DNA from: an uncultured Candidatus Saccharibacteria bacterium
GTDB taxonomy: Bacteria; Patescibacteriota; Minisyncoccia; UBA6257; UBA9933
Assembly: GCA_964642155.1 (NCBI GenBank)
Contig: CAZXNT010000003.1
Span: 64,899-128,898 of the forward strand
DNA length: 64,000 nucleotides
Direction of reading: 5' to 3'
The translations under genes and the position numbers were made by a program. The notes under the pieces are model-generated. The model did no database searches and was not told where the DNA came from. It worked only from the letters and a program-made list of their open reading frames with translations. This document shows positions 1 through 9,450 of the stretch, piece by piece (the first letter of the stretch is position 1; every line of letters begins with the position of its first letter).

Positions 1-109
1 TTTGTCGCTTTACCGAGAAATTTTGAATATTCTTTTTTAAGTTGTGGAATATAAACGCCAATAGCCGACGGTCCGGGATTGCTCCGCGAACCACCGTCGC
101 AATATGCGA

Positions 110-946
110 TTATTTTATTTTTTTCCATGGAAATTTTGTTTCAGCGTTAAATGTAAAACCGGCAGCTGATTTATGCCCTCCGCCGCCGTATTTTTCCGCC
201 AAATCGGAAAGATTGATTTCTCCGCTATTTCTCAGCGACCCTTTAAATAATTTATTTCTGCGAGACCAAATCAAACCAATGGTTTTTTTGTTTTTTGAAA
301 CATAATTTCCCAATTCTGATTCCAAAATCGGCGAATTGACGACAAAAACTTGATGACCTTCAAAAATTGCTTTTTCGCCATATCCAACAATTTTTTTTAT
401 CAGATTATCCTGATATTTTACAATCGCCCTGCCCTCATTAATATATTTTTTTCTTTTTTTCGTATTTTCAAAATCATTCGCGATTTTATTCCATTTAACA
501 AAATCTAAATTATAAGTATTTAAAGAAGCCACTAATTCTCTTGTGTGGGGAATCTTGAATTTCCATATATCCATATCTTCAATAGCTCTTAAAAGTCGGG
601 GGATTTTTTTTGAGGGATAAAAATATTTCCAACTTAAAACCGCGGCGGAATTATCCACATTAAACAAATAATCCGTAGAAATTTTAATTTCGTCTTTTCT
701 GCCGATGTGATGGTCAATGACAACAACTTTTTTATTTTCATTTAAAAGGCGTTTCATCGTATTTTTATCAAAACATAAATCAACCAGATATATTTCCTTG
801 TTTTTTAATCCCTTCGGTAAAACGTCTTTTTCGCCCTTATATTGAATCGGCGTATAATCGGCTTTTCCGCCGAATTTTTTCCAAGCTGCCCAAGCGGCGC
901 CAAAACCATCCAAATCACTATGATATAAAACTATAATTTTCTTCAT
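110..946 (-). CDS. DHH-family phosphoesterase (NrnA-like nanoRNase/pAp phosphatase)
   Basis: DHH motif (VVVIDHHIG) and C-terminal DHHA1 GGGGH motif; 278 aa. Confidence 0.7.
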   Translation of the reverse strand: MKKIIVLYHSDLDGFGAAWAAWKKFGGKADYTPIQYKGEKDVLPKGLKNKEIYLVDLCFDKNTMKRLLNENKKVVVIDHHIGRKDEIKISTDYLFNVDNSAAVLSWKYFYPSKKIPRLLRAIEDMDIWKFKIPHTRELVASLNTYNLDFVKWNKIANDFENTKKRKKYINEGRAIVKYQDNLIKKIVGYGEKAIFEGHQVFVVNSPILESELGNYVSKNKKTIGLIWSRRNKLFKGSLRNSGEINLSDLAEKYGGGGHKSAAGFTFNAETKFPWKKIK

Positions 947-950
947 AAAT

Positions 951-2099
951 TTATTTTAGCGCTTCTATCCCCGGCAGTTTTTTGCCCGCCAAATATTCTA
1001 ACATTGCTCCGCCGCCAGTGGATAGAAACACTGACTTATGCGGACTCAACATCGACTTATACAGACCGCTTTCCGTATTAGTCCGTGTATAGTCAGTATT
1101 AGTCCGTATAAAAAGCGAAGCGGTTTCGCCGCCGCCGATAACCACAAAAGATTTACTGTTTAAAATCGCTTTTGCGATTGCCTCCGAGCCTTTAGCGAAT
1201 CGCTTATCTTCAAAATATCCCATCGGACCATTCCAAATTATTGTTTCGGATTTCTTTATAATATCAGAATATAACTTCACTGTGTTTGGACCGATATCCA
1301 AAATTCTATTCTTATCAATTACATAATCAACCGGTAAAATCACCAAATTATTTTTTAATATTTTTTTGGCGAAATCAACGGTTTTTTCTTCAAAAATGGA
1401 ATCGCCTATCGGCAATCCTTGCGCCAATAAAAAATTATGAGCAATGCCTCCGCCAATTAAAAAATAATCGGCGCGATTAAGAAAATTTTTAATCAATCCG
1501 ATTTTATCGGAAATTTTCGCTCCGCCCAAAATTATAACCAGTGGCTTCTTGGAATTTTTCATCACCGAAGAAAGATTCTTAATTTCTTTTTCTAAAAGCA
1601 ACCCCGCATATGACGGCAAAAATTTCGTGATTGCTGAAACTGACGCGACATTGCGATGACTTACCGCAAAAGCATCGTTTATATAAATATCGCCTAATTT
1701 TGCTAATTGTTTTGCCAATCGCAAATCATTTTTCTTTTCCCCTGGCAAAAATCGCAAATTCTCAAGTAAAAAAATGTTGTTTGATTTTGATTTTTCAATT
1801 TCTTTCTTTATTTTTTGAAAATCAAAATTGCTTATAAATTTTATTTTACGATTCAATAATTTTGATAAAATTCCCGCAAACGGCTTTAAACTTAATTTTT
1901 TATCAAAACCATTTGGCCTTCCGCGATGGCTCAAAATCACCACTTTCGCGCCGTTATTAATTAAAAATTTTATTGTCGGTAAAATTCCCAAAATTCGCGG
2001 AGAATTTCTCGCCTCTTTTTCGGCAATATTCAAATCAACCCGCAAAAGACAAGTTTTCCCGGATAAATTTTTTTTGTTTAAAGACTTGAGAAATTTCAT
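951..2099 (-). CDS. pgk: phosphoglycerate kinase
   Basis: N-terminal LLRVDLN...ILSHRGRP and overall PGK architecture, 382 aa. Confidence 0.9.
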   Translation of the reverse strand: MKFLKSLNKKNLSGKTCLLRVDLNIAEKEARNSPRILGILPTIKFLINNGAKVVILSHRGRPNGFDKKLSLKPFAGILSKLLNRKIKFISNFDFQKIKKEIEKSKSNNIFLLENLRFLPGEKKNDLRLAKQLAKLGDIYINDAFAVSHRNVASVSAITKFLPSYAGLLLEKEIKNLSSVMKNSKKPLVIILGGAKISDKIGLIKNFLNRADYFLIGGGIAHNFLLAQGLPIGDSIFEEKTVDFAKKILKNNLVILPVDYVIDKNRILDIGPNTVKLYSDIIKKSETIIWNGPMGYFEDKRFAKGSEAIAKAILNSKSFVVIGGGETASLFIRTNTDYTRTNTESGLYKSMLSPHKSVFLSTGGGAMLEYLAGKKLPGIEALK

Positions 2100-2112
2100 A
2101 ATATAAACTTCT

Positions 2113-2186
2113 TGGAGCGGGTAACGGGAATCGAACCCGTGCCTTATCCTTGGGAAGGATACATAATACCACTATACGATACCCGC
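2113..2186 (-). tRNA. tRNA-Gly (anticodon CCC)
   Basis: Reverse complement folds as cloverleaf: acceptor GCGGGTA/TACCCGC, anticodon stem TATCC/GGATA with loop TTCCCAA, T-arm ACGGG-TTCGATT-CCCGT, encoded CCA. Confidence 0.75.
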
Positions 2187-2203
2187 GCACCATACTTTTA
2201 AAC

Positions 2204-2776
2204 TTATTTTACTATAACTTCCTTCCCGTTCCACTCAAATCCAGATAAAAAAATATTCACTCGCGCTTGCGCCCTGATATCTTTTATTTTCTCGTCAAAA
2301 TCTATTCCCGCCAAAAACAATCTATTCTCCAAAATTTCTTTTTTCGCCTGCGGTTTTAAAACTCTCTCTTTAAATTCACTAAGTGAAAAACTATATAAAG
2401 TTTCAACCGCCTTATCGGCAATCTGGTTTTCCGAAATTTCGCTTATTTTTTTTTCAACCAACGCATTTAAGTCGTTTTGTTTGATCTCTTTTTTTAATTC
2501 TCGGTCAATTAAAATATCTTCAATTAAATTATCGAGCACCGCGCGTTTTATTTCTCGCCTGGCTTCATCGGCTTTAAGAACTTGTGAATCTTGCGCGTAT
2601 GTTTCAAGAGCTTTTTCGTAATAATTTAAGGAAGTTGAATAATTCCTATTATAATCATTGACCATAATGGGACTGATACCGACAAGCGCAATGGGATAAA
2701 CACCGAATAAAATTAAAATAACAATAATTCCAGTCGCCGATGCCGAAAAAATAATAAGCTTTTTTTTATTTATCAT
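2204..2776 (-). CDS. membrane-anchored SurA-N-domain-like protein (hypothetical)
   Basis: N-terminal TM helix then helical domain. Start moved to MINKKK to avoid the 90-nt overlap with lepA. Confidence 0.4.
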   Translation of the reverse strand: MINKKKLIIFSASATGIIVILILFGVYPIALVGISPIMVNDYNRNYSTSLNYYEKALETYAQDSQVLKADEARREIKRAVLDNLIEDILIDRELKKEIKQNDLNALVEKKISEISENQIADKAVETLYSFSLSEFKERVLKPQAKKEILENRLFLAGIDFDEKIKDIRAQARVNIFLSGFEWNGKEVIVK

Positions 2777-4554
2777 TTTATTATTTTTTTGAACACTTCC
2801 GCCGATATCCTCACCTGCGCCATGCTCAATAATTTCTTTTTCCCTTTTTTCTGCTTTTTCCATAATTTCATTTTACGCGTTCTATCGCCACCGTAAAGAT
2901 ACCCCGTAACGTCTTTTTTCATTGCGGACATGGTTTCCCGAGCGACAATTCTGCCGCCAGCCACCGCCTGAATTGCCTGACTAAACTGCTGACGCGGTAA
3001 AACATCTTTCAATTTTTCCACCATTTTACGCGCTTCATATTCAAGTTTTTTGCGCGGCACCACGCGTACCAACCCGGCAACCGACGCGTTAGCGACTAAA
3101 ATTTCCATTTTTTCAAGCTCAGCTTTTTGATAATCCGTCAATTCATAATTGAAAGAAGCGAATCCTTCGGAAACAGATTTCAACCGGTCATCAAAATCTG
3201 AAATAAGCTCAGCCAAGGGCATTTTAGCGGTTATTAAAATTATTCCTTCGGTCCCCAAATTATTCGTCGCTATATTTTCCATTCTGAAAATTTCTTTCAA
3301 TTGCAAAATTCCTCCGAGGTGTTCGCTTGGTGAAATAATTTCCAAATTTATCATCGGCTCTAAAATTTCCTTAATGTCATCCGGCAAATCCGCTGGATTA
3401 TCTATTATTAAATTATTAACTTTATAAGCGACTGACGGAAAACTGTTTATTGTTTTTATATCAAATTCTTTTTCCAAACGTTCAGCGGTAATTTCAAAAT
3501 GAAGCTTACCCAAGAAACCGACTTTAAATCCACGCCCAAGTACCTCATTAAAATCCGCTTCAAATTTTAAAGACGAATCATTTAGTTTCAACCGGCCAAA
3601 CGCTTTTTTCAAATCGTCGTATTGGTTACTTTCTTCGGGATAAAAAGAAACAAACACAACCGGCTTCGGTTCGTCATAGCCTGGCAAAGCCAAGTTCGCA
3701 AACTCACGCTGACTCAACGCAGAATTACGCAGAATGGTATCGCCAATTTTAATGTGACTTGGGTCTTTCAAGCCGGTGGCGATATAGCCGATTTCACCGA
3801 CTGATAATTTACCAATCGGCTTTAATTGCGGTAAAAAATATCCGATTTCTTTCATTTTAAATTTTTCATCGGCAGCTATTAAATACGCTTCTTCATTAAC
3901 ATTAAATTCTCCGTTAAAAACACGAATGGAAGCAATAATACCTTTGTGGTCGTCGTAAAATGAATCAAAAATGAGAGCGCGGGACGCGCTTGATAAATTT
4001 TCATTAAGATTTGGAATTTTTTCTATAATTTTTTTTAAAAGTTCTTCCACGCCTTTGCCGGTTTTAGCGGATATTTTATGAATTTCTTCCGGCTCACAGC
4101 CGATTAAATCCGCCAAATCTTTTATTCTTCTGCTTAATTGCTCTTCGCCGCTTATTAAATCAACCTTATTAATAGCGCCGATAATTTTAAGTCCGGATTT
4201 TTTAGCAGCATAAAATTTTGCCAAAGTTTGCGCTTGAATTCCCTGCGTTATATCAACAAGCAAAATCGCGCCTTCAACAGCCGCCAATGCCCGCGATACT
4301 TCGTAAGAAAAATCAGAATGCCCGGGCGTATCAATCATATTTAGAATATAATTTCCATAAATCATCCGTACCGGCGCCATTTTAATAGTGATTCCCCTTT
4401 CCCGTTCCGATTCCAAAGAATCCAAAAACTGCTCCTTCATTTGCCGGCTGTCAACGGTTTTGGTAATTTCCAAAAACCTGTCCGCCAAAGTTGATTTGCC
4501 GTGGTCAATATGACTGATTATCACGAAATTTCGGATATTTACAGCATTATTCAT
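2773..4554 (-). CDS. lepA: elongation factor 4 (LepA)
   Basis: GTPase G1 motif HIDHGKST, LepA-specific C-terminus, 593 aa. Confidence 0.9.
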   Translation of the reverse strand: MNNAVNIRNFVIISHIDHGKSTLADRFLEITKTVDSRQMKEQFLDSLESERERGITIKMAPVRMIYGNYILNMIDTPGHSDFSYEVSRALAAVEGAILLVDITQGIQAQTLAKFYAAKKSGLKIIGAINKVDLISGEEQLSRRIKDLADLIGCEPEEIHKISAKTGKGVEELLKKIIEKIPNLNENLSSASRALIFDSFYDDHKGIIASIRVFNGEFNVNEEAYLIAADEKFKMKEIGYFLPQLKPIGKLSVGEIGYIATGLKDPSHIKIGDTILRNSALSQREFANLALPGYDEPKPVVFVSFYPEESNQYDDLKKAFGRLKLNDSSLKFEADFNEVLGRGFKVGFLGKLHFEITAERLEKEFDIKTINSFPSVAYKVNNLIIDNPADLPDDIKEILEPMINLEIISPSEHLGGILQLKEIFRMENIATNNLGTEGIILITAKMPLAELISDFDDRLKSVSEGFASFNYELTDYQKAELEKMEILVANASVAGLVRVVPRKKLEYEARKMVEKLKDVLPRQQFSQAIQAVAGGRIVARETMSAMKKDVTGYLYGGDRTRKMKLWKKQKKGKKKLLSMAQVRISAEVFKKIIK

Positions 4555-4575
4555 AATTGCTATAATAATATATAA

Positions 4576-5358
4576 ATGAACAAAAAACTAATTGTTTTTA
4601 ACTGGAAAAGTAATCCTGCCACTGTTGGCGCGGCAATAAAATTGACAAAAGCAGTTGAAAACAATATTCCTCAAAAAAACGCGCTGGAAATCGTTATCGC
4701 CCCGCCGTTTCTTTTTATGGAAGAAATTGAGAAGTTAGTTAAAAAAGCGAAATTGGGAAGCCAAGATGTATTTTGGTCCGCCAGTGGGCGGACGCCAGCC
4801 GGCAAAGGCCCGTATACCGGAGAAATTTCGCCGAAAATGCTGAAAAATTTGGGAGTTGAATATGTTATTATCGGCCATTCCGAACGCCGCCGAATTTTGG
4901 GCGAGACTGACGAAATGATAAATAAAAAAGTTTTGGCGGCTTTGAAAACCGGCTTAAAAGTAATTCTCTGTGTTGGAGAAAATTTAATAATTCGCAAACG
5001 CGGGAAAAAAACAATTAAAAATTTCATTAAAAACCAACTAAAAAAAGATTTAAAAAATTCTAAATTCTTAATTCTGAATTCTAAATTACGCAATCACTTA
5101 GTGATTGCGTATGAGCCTGTCTGGGCAATCGGCACCGGACATAACGACACTCCCAAAGATGCAGTAGAAATAATAAAATTCATCAAGCAAAATCTACAAT
5201 CTACAATCTATAATCTACAAACTAAAGTATTATACGGCGGTTCGGTAGATGGTAAAAACATTAAAAATTTTGTAAAATATAAAGAGATTGACGGATTTTT
5301 AATCGGTGGTGCAAGCTTAAAACCGAAAGAAATAAAAAATATAATTAAATCAATATGA
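4576..5358 (+). CDS. tpiA: triosephosphate isomerase (with internal heptamer-repeat insertion)
   Basis: NWK...GHSERR...AYEPVWAIGTG...GGASLK motifs. Confidence 0.85.
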   Translation: MNKKLIVFNWKSNPATVGAAIKLTKAVENNIPQKNALEIVIAPPFLFMEEIEKLVKKAKLGSQDVFWSASGRTPAGKGPYTGEISPKMLKNLGVEYVIIGHSERRRILGETDEMINKKVLAALKTGLKVILCVGENLIIRKRGKKTIKNFIKNQLKKDLKNSKFLILNSKLRNHLVIAYEPVWAIGTGHNDTPKDAVEIIKFIKQNLQSTIYNLQTKVLYGGSVDGKNIKNFVKYKEIDGFLIGGASLKPKEIKNIIKSI

Positions 5359-5438
5359 AAAAGTGGACAAAAATACTCGCTAAAATAATTATAATTTTGA
5401 TTGCTCTGATGACAATCGCGTCATTAAGCTTTTTCTAA

Positions 5439-6107
5439 ATGCCTGAAAAAATATTTCTAAAAACAAAAGATGGCGTGAAAATCGCCACTGATTTGTATGA
5501 CGTTGAAAAACCGATTGGTTGGCTCATTTTATCGCATATGATGCCCGCGACAAAAGAATCTTATGAAGATTTGGCGATTAAACTACAAAATGCCGGCTAC
5601 GAAAACATTGCTATTGATTTGCGCGGACATGGAAAATCCGATGGCGGCCCAAAGGGATTTTTTAATTTTTTAGACGAAGACCACCAAAAAAGTATTTTAG
5701 ATATTCAAGCCGCGGTTGATTATTTAATAAAAGAACGCAATGCGACGCCGGATAAAATCTCACTTATCGGCGCTTCCATCGGAGCCAATTTATCGTTACA
5801 ATATATTATAGAAAATTCAAAGTTCCAAACCGCAATTTTGCTCTCGCCGGGATTAAATTATAGAGGAATAAAAACCGAACCATTTACCATAAAAATTAAA
5901 CCTGATCAAAAAGTATTTTTAATCTCTGCTAAAGATGATAATGTCCCTCAAAATGCCGAACAAACTAAAAAACTTTATGATTTAATTTATGAAAATAAAA
6001 ATAAAAAAATCCAGATTTACGAAACCGGCGGCCATGGAACGGATATTTTAAAAAACCAACCGAATTTATATAATTTAATTATTCAATTTATTAAAAATAA
6101 GATATAA
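5439..6107 (+). CDS. alpha/beta hydrolase (dienelactone hydrolase/S9-like)
   Basis: GxSxG nucleophile elbow (IGASIGA), HGxxD, 222 aa. Confidence 0.65.
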   Translation: MPEKIFLKTKDGVKIATDLYDVEKPIGWLILSHMMPATKESYEDLAIKLQNAGYENIAIDLRGHGKSDGGPKGFFNFLDEDHQKSILDIQAAVDYLIKERNATPDKISLIGASIGANLSLQYIIENSKFQTAILLSPGLNYRGIKTEPFTIKIKPDQKVFLISAKDDNVPQNAEQTKKLYDLIYENKNKKIQIYETGGHGTDILKNQPNLYNLIIQFIKNKI

Positions 6108-6114
6108 TAAATTT

Positions 6115-6621
6115 ATGGACATTCAATCAAATTCCTTAAAAAAACAAGTTGGGAAGTTCGCGATTGTCGGAGTTATAAATACGCTTATTGATATTGCCAT
6201 ACTCAACAGTTTGGTATTTTTAGGATTTACCGTCGCCTTAATGGTTGTCGGGCAAAAATTTTTAATCGCGAATATTATTTCCGTCGTCATTGCTATGATA
6301 AACAGCTTTATCTTAAATAAACAATGGACTTTCAAGACCGAAGAAGGAAATATTTACAAGCAAATTTTCCAATTTTTAGCCATTACGATTATCGGCATGT
6401 TTGTAATCCATCAAATAATTTTCAACGCGCTTTATTACGGCTTGCCGTCAATTTCAAATTTTATTGTTTCAATCGTCCACTTCTTAAAACTTAGCGGTAT
6501 TTTTTCAGATTCTTTTATAGCGCTTAATTTTGCAAAAATTATCGCCATCATCGGCTCTTTAATTTGGAATTTTATCGGATATAAATTTATTGTTTTTAAG
6601 AAAAAAGAGTTGACTTTTTAA
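6115..6621 (+). CDS. GtrA-family membrane protein
   Basis: Four TM segments, FAIVGVINTLID N-terminus typical of GtrA-like proteins. Confidence 0.65.
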   Translation: MDIQSNSLKKQVGKFAIVGVINTLIDIAILNSLVFLGFTVALMVVGQKFLIANIISVVIAMINSFILNKQWTFKTEEGNIYKQIFQFLAITIIGMFVIHQIIFNALYYGLPSISNFIVSIVHFLKLSGIFSDSFIALNFAKIIAIIGSLIWNFIGYKFIVFKKKELTF

Positions 6622-6703
6622 AAGTCTTTATATATAATGTTTCAATGAGTGGTAATAGCTCTGTACGATGATATCTATAAAGAGCCATTATTCCGGTTTG
6701 CAA

Positions 6704-6730
6704 CCCCGCCCTTGTGGCGGGGTTTTTGTT
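6704..6730 (+). terminator. rho-independent terminator after gtrA-like gene
   Basis: CCCCGCC-cttgt-GGCGGGG hairpin followed by TTTTTGTT. Confidence 0.6.
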
Positions 6731-7038
6731 GTGTAAAATTGTTTATTTATATAAAATAATATTGGGACCGTTGAAAGCACTCACTCATTGCAAGCTGGAG
6801 GTAAACGTCAGCGGTCCCATTTTAAATTATTTTTCCATTAAGAGCGCTTACCTCAGACAAACTTGTCTTTCAGAAACAGAATAATTTTGCTCCAGCGGCA
6901 AAATTTTCTTCGCCCTCGGCGCGCTGGCTTCACTTCACTCAGACCAAGCCCAGCGCGCCTGCGGGATGTTCCTCAAAACAAGTTCGTCTTCGGTTTTAAA
7001 TATCGTTAATAAAAAAATTTAAAATGATATTAAAATAA

Positions 7039-8040
7039 ATGGATTTTGAAACAAATGTTCCGTTAAAACAAATAAGCCATTATAAAATCGGCGGAAACGC
7101 CAAATATTTTTTTGAAGCGAAAAACACCGATGATTTAATTAAGGCGATAGAGAAACAAAGACAATTAAAAACGCCCTTATTTGTTTTGGCCGGCGCGACA
7201 AATGTTTTGATTGACGACAATGGATTTGACGGTTTAATTATAAAACCTGATTTAAAATTTCTTAAAAAAGAAAATGATGTTTTAATAAGCGCCGGCGCCG
7301 GCGTTTTAATAAAAGACTTGGTGAATTTCACTTTGGAAAAAAACTTTTCCGGACTAGAATGGGCCGCCGGCTTGCCCGGAACTTTAGGTGGAGCGATTCG
7401 CGGCAATGCCGGAGCTTTTAACGGAGAAATGAAAGATGCGATTAAAGAAGTTGTGAGTTTGGACATATCGCAGAAAAATCCCAAAATAATAAAACGCAAA
7501 TTTAAAGATTGCGATTTTCAATACCGTTCCAGTGTTTTTAAGAAGCAATCCTTCGACAAGCTCAGGACAAGTTCCTTCGACAAGCTCAGGACAAAAGAAA
7601 TTATTATGGAAGCGACGTTAAAACTCCAGAAAAGTAGCCGAAAAAAAATAGAAGAGGAAATGATAAAAAATATCAATTATCGCCTATTAAAACACCCCAT
7701 GGAATATCCCAGTTTAGGCAGCACATTCAAAAATGTTCCGCTAACACAAATAAATTCTAAAATTATTAACATAAATCCGCTTTTTAATCCGCATAAATCT
7801 GTGTCTATTATAAAAAATGACCCGTTCCCGATTATTCCGGCCGCTTATTTGATTTCTGAGGCAGGATTAAAAGGAATTTCCATAGGCGGAGCAATGATTT
7901 CGCCGAAACATCCGAATTTTATCGTTAATGTTCTTGACGCAAAAGCAAAAGACGTGGAAAATTTAATTCAACTTATAAAAAATGAAGTGAATAAAAAATT
8001 TAAAATTGAGCTTCAAGAAGAAATAGAATACTTAATCTAA
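7039..8040 (+). CDS. murB: UDP-N-acetylenolpyruvoylglucosamine reductase
   Basis: FAD-binding N-terminus (KIGGNAKYF...LAGATNVLI), MurB C-terminal domain. Contains a 24-nt tandem duplication. Confidence 0.85.
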   Translation: MDFETNVPLKQISHYKIGGNAKYFFEAKNTDDLIKAIEKQRQLKTPLFVLAGATNVLIDDNGFDGLIIKPDLKFLKKENDVLISAGAGVLIKDLVNFTLEKNFSGLEWAAGLPGTLGGAIRGNAGAFNGEMKDAIKEVVSLDISQKNPKIIKRKFKDCDFQYRSSVFKKQSFDKLRTSSFDKLRTKEIIMEATLKLQKSSRKKIEEEMIKNINYRLLKHPMEYPSLGSTFKNVPLTQINSKIININPLFNPHKSVSIIKNDPFPIIPAAYLISEAGLKGISIGGAMISPKHPNFIVNVLDAKAKDVENLIQLIKNEVNKKFKIELQEEIEYLI

Positions 8041-8058
8041 ATTTTTGAGCCGAAAAAG

Positions 8059-8077
8059 TTATCCACAGTTATCCACA
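8059..8077 (+). promoter_or_regulatory. two tandem perfect DnaA boxes (TTATCCACA g TTATCCACA)
   Basis: Exact matches to DnaA-box consensus, 1-nt spacer, in AT-rich murB-hpf intergenic region. Confidence 0.4.
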
Positions 8078-8344
8078 TTGCATTTCATTTTAAATTTGTT
8101 AAAATTTATATAAGAAGAATTAAAAATTATTTAAAATTAGAGAGCGAAATAAAAAGAAAAAGAAATTTTATTTTTATTGAGCGAACTAATTATATGAAAT
8201 ACAATTTCATATAAAAAATTCTTCTTTGTAAAAAAGTCGTCAAAGGTCAGCGTGTAAAATTAGGTGGTCGTCAATTTTATCGCTGATTATAAAATAAATA
8301 TCCGTCTTATCTTTAATAAAATTAAGATACAACGGATTACTTAA

Positions 8345-8386
8345 ATGGCTGCTAAGAAAAAAGCAAAGGGAAAGAAAAAGAAGTAA
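8345..8386 (+). CDS. tiny lysine-rich ORF (MAAKKKAKGKKKK), doubtful
   Basis: 13-codon ORF immediately followed by a perfect 13-bp-arm hairpin terminator. No clear SD. Confidence 0.15.
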   Translation: MAAKKKAKGKKKK

Positions 8387-8393
8387 TTTTCTA

Positions 8394-8430
8394 CCCCGCC
8401 AGTCCATGGACTGGCGGGGTCTTTTATTTT
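8394..8430 (+). terminator. rho-independent terminator (perfect palindrome)
   Basis: CCCCGCCAGTCCA|TGGACTGGCGGGG then TCTTTTATTTT. Confidence 0.65.
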
Positions 8431-8455
8431 AAAACAATTAATTTATAATAATAAC

Positions 8456-8794
8456 ATGCAAATAATCATCCATTCAAAAAATCTTGACATTACGCCGTCA
8501 ATTCGCGAATACGTGGAAATAAAAATCGGCTCGTTAAACCATCTTTTGCAAAGATTTGAAACTAGGGGAGAAATTAAAACGGAAATTGAAATAGCGAGAA
8601 CTACAAAACATCACAAACACGGAGATGTCTTTTACGCCGAAGCAAATCTACACTTGCCGAAAAAAATTTTACGCGCCGAACATTACGATTCCGACATCAG
8701 AATCGCTATTGACGAGATAAAAAACAAACTTCACAACGAAATTATTAAATATAAAGAACTTTCAGTCGACCATCGTCCGGAGAAAAAACAATAA
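8456..8794 (+). CDS. hpf: ribosome hibernation promoting factor (HPF/RaiA family)
   Basis: MQIIIHSKNLDITPSIREYVEIKI... typical sigma-54 modulation/S30EA fold N-terminus, 112 aa. Confidence 0.8.
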   Translation: MQIIIHSKNLDITPSIREYVEIKIGSLNHLLQRFETRGEIKTEIEIARTTKHHKHGDVFYAEANLHLPKKILRAEHYDSDIRIAIDEIKNKLHNEIIKYKELSVDHRPEKKQ

Positions 8795-8825
8795 AATAAA
8801 AATCGTCCCGCTAAGCGAGGGATTT

Positions 8826-9422
8826 TTATTTTCTGCCTATAATCTGTATCCAAGGAGACTTAATTTCAGAAAACACAATTTTAATCCCTAAATTTTGCAA
8901 ATATAATTTTATTTCATCAACGGTAAAATAACTAAAAAATCTTTCGTATTGGTATCCGTAATCATTTTCAATTTTTATTTCCTCTTCTACTCCTTGCGAT
9001 TTTTTCTCTTTAACCGCGATATAAATATATCCTCCTGTTTTCAACTTTGTTATAACTTTCTCCAATTTATCTTTTACTTTTCGTTTTGGAATATGAAGTA
9101 AAACCGCTTGCATGAAAATACCGTTAAATAAATAATCTAATTTATCTATTTCACTTAAATCAAACACAAAAAAATTTCCATTTGGAATCTCCCGCTTTGC
9201 GATTTCAATCATTTTTTCAGAAAAATCAACTCCAATCACTCGCAACCCTTTTTTAATAAGATATTTTGATTTTGTGCCGGCGCCACAACCAACATCAAGC
9301 GCCAAATCGCCTTTTTGTAAAAAAGAAATAAATTTATCCGTTCCTCCCGCCCACCAGTCGTCTTTTTGGTGATTTCTATGCCAATCTTCGGCTATTCGAT
9401 TATAAGTTTCTTTTAAATTCAT
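8826..9422 (-). CDS. class I SAM-dependent methyltransferase
   Basis: Motif I LDVGCGAGT, 198 aa. Confidence 0.75.
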   Translation of the reverse strand: MNLKETYNRIAEDWHRNHQKDDWWAGGTDKFISFLQKGDLALDVGCGAGTKSKYLIKKGLRVIGVDFSEKMIEIAKREIPNGNFFVFDLSEIDKLDYLFNGIFMQAVLLHIPKRKVKDKLEKVITKLKTGGYIYIAVKEKKSQGVEEEIKIENDYGYQYERFFSYFTVDEIKLYLQNLGIKIVFSEIKSPWIQIIGRK

Positions 9423-9450
9423 ATCTTATCCCCCATAACATTTTAAAATC

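Noticed and set aside
1286-2106. Plus-strand ORFs inside pgk (1286..1480, 1631..1837, 1828..2106) and similar antisense ORFs in lepA, secA, pilC, gyrA, ftsH, leuS
   Set aside because: They are antisense to strongly supported conserved genes with no independent evidence. They are typical AT-rich spurious frames.
8041-8455. oriC call
   Set aside because: Only two DnaA boxes and no dnaA or dnaN gene are nearby. That is insufficient for an origin call, so I reported it only as a regulatory oddity.
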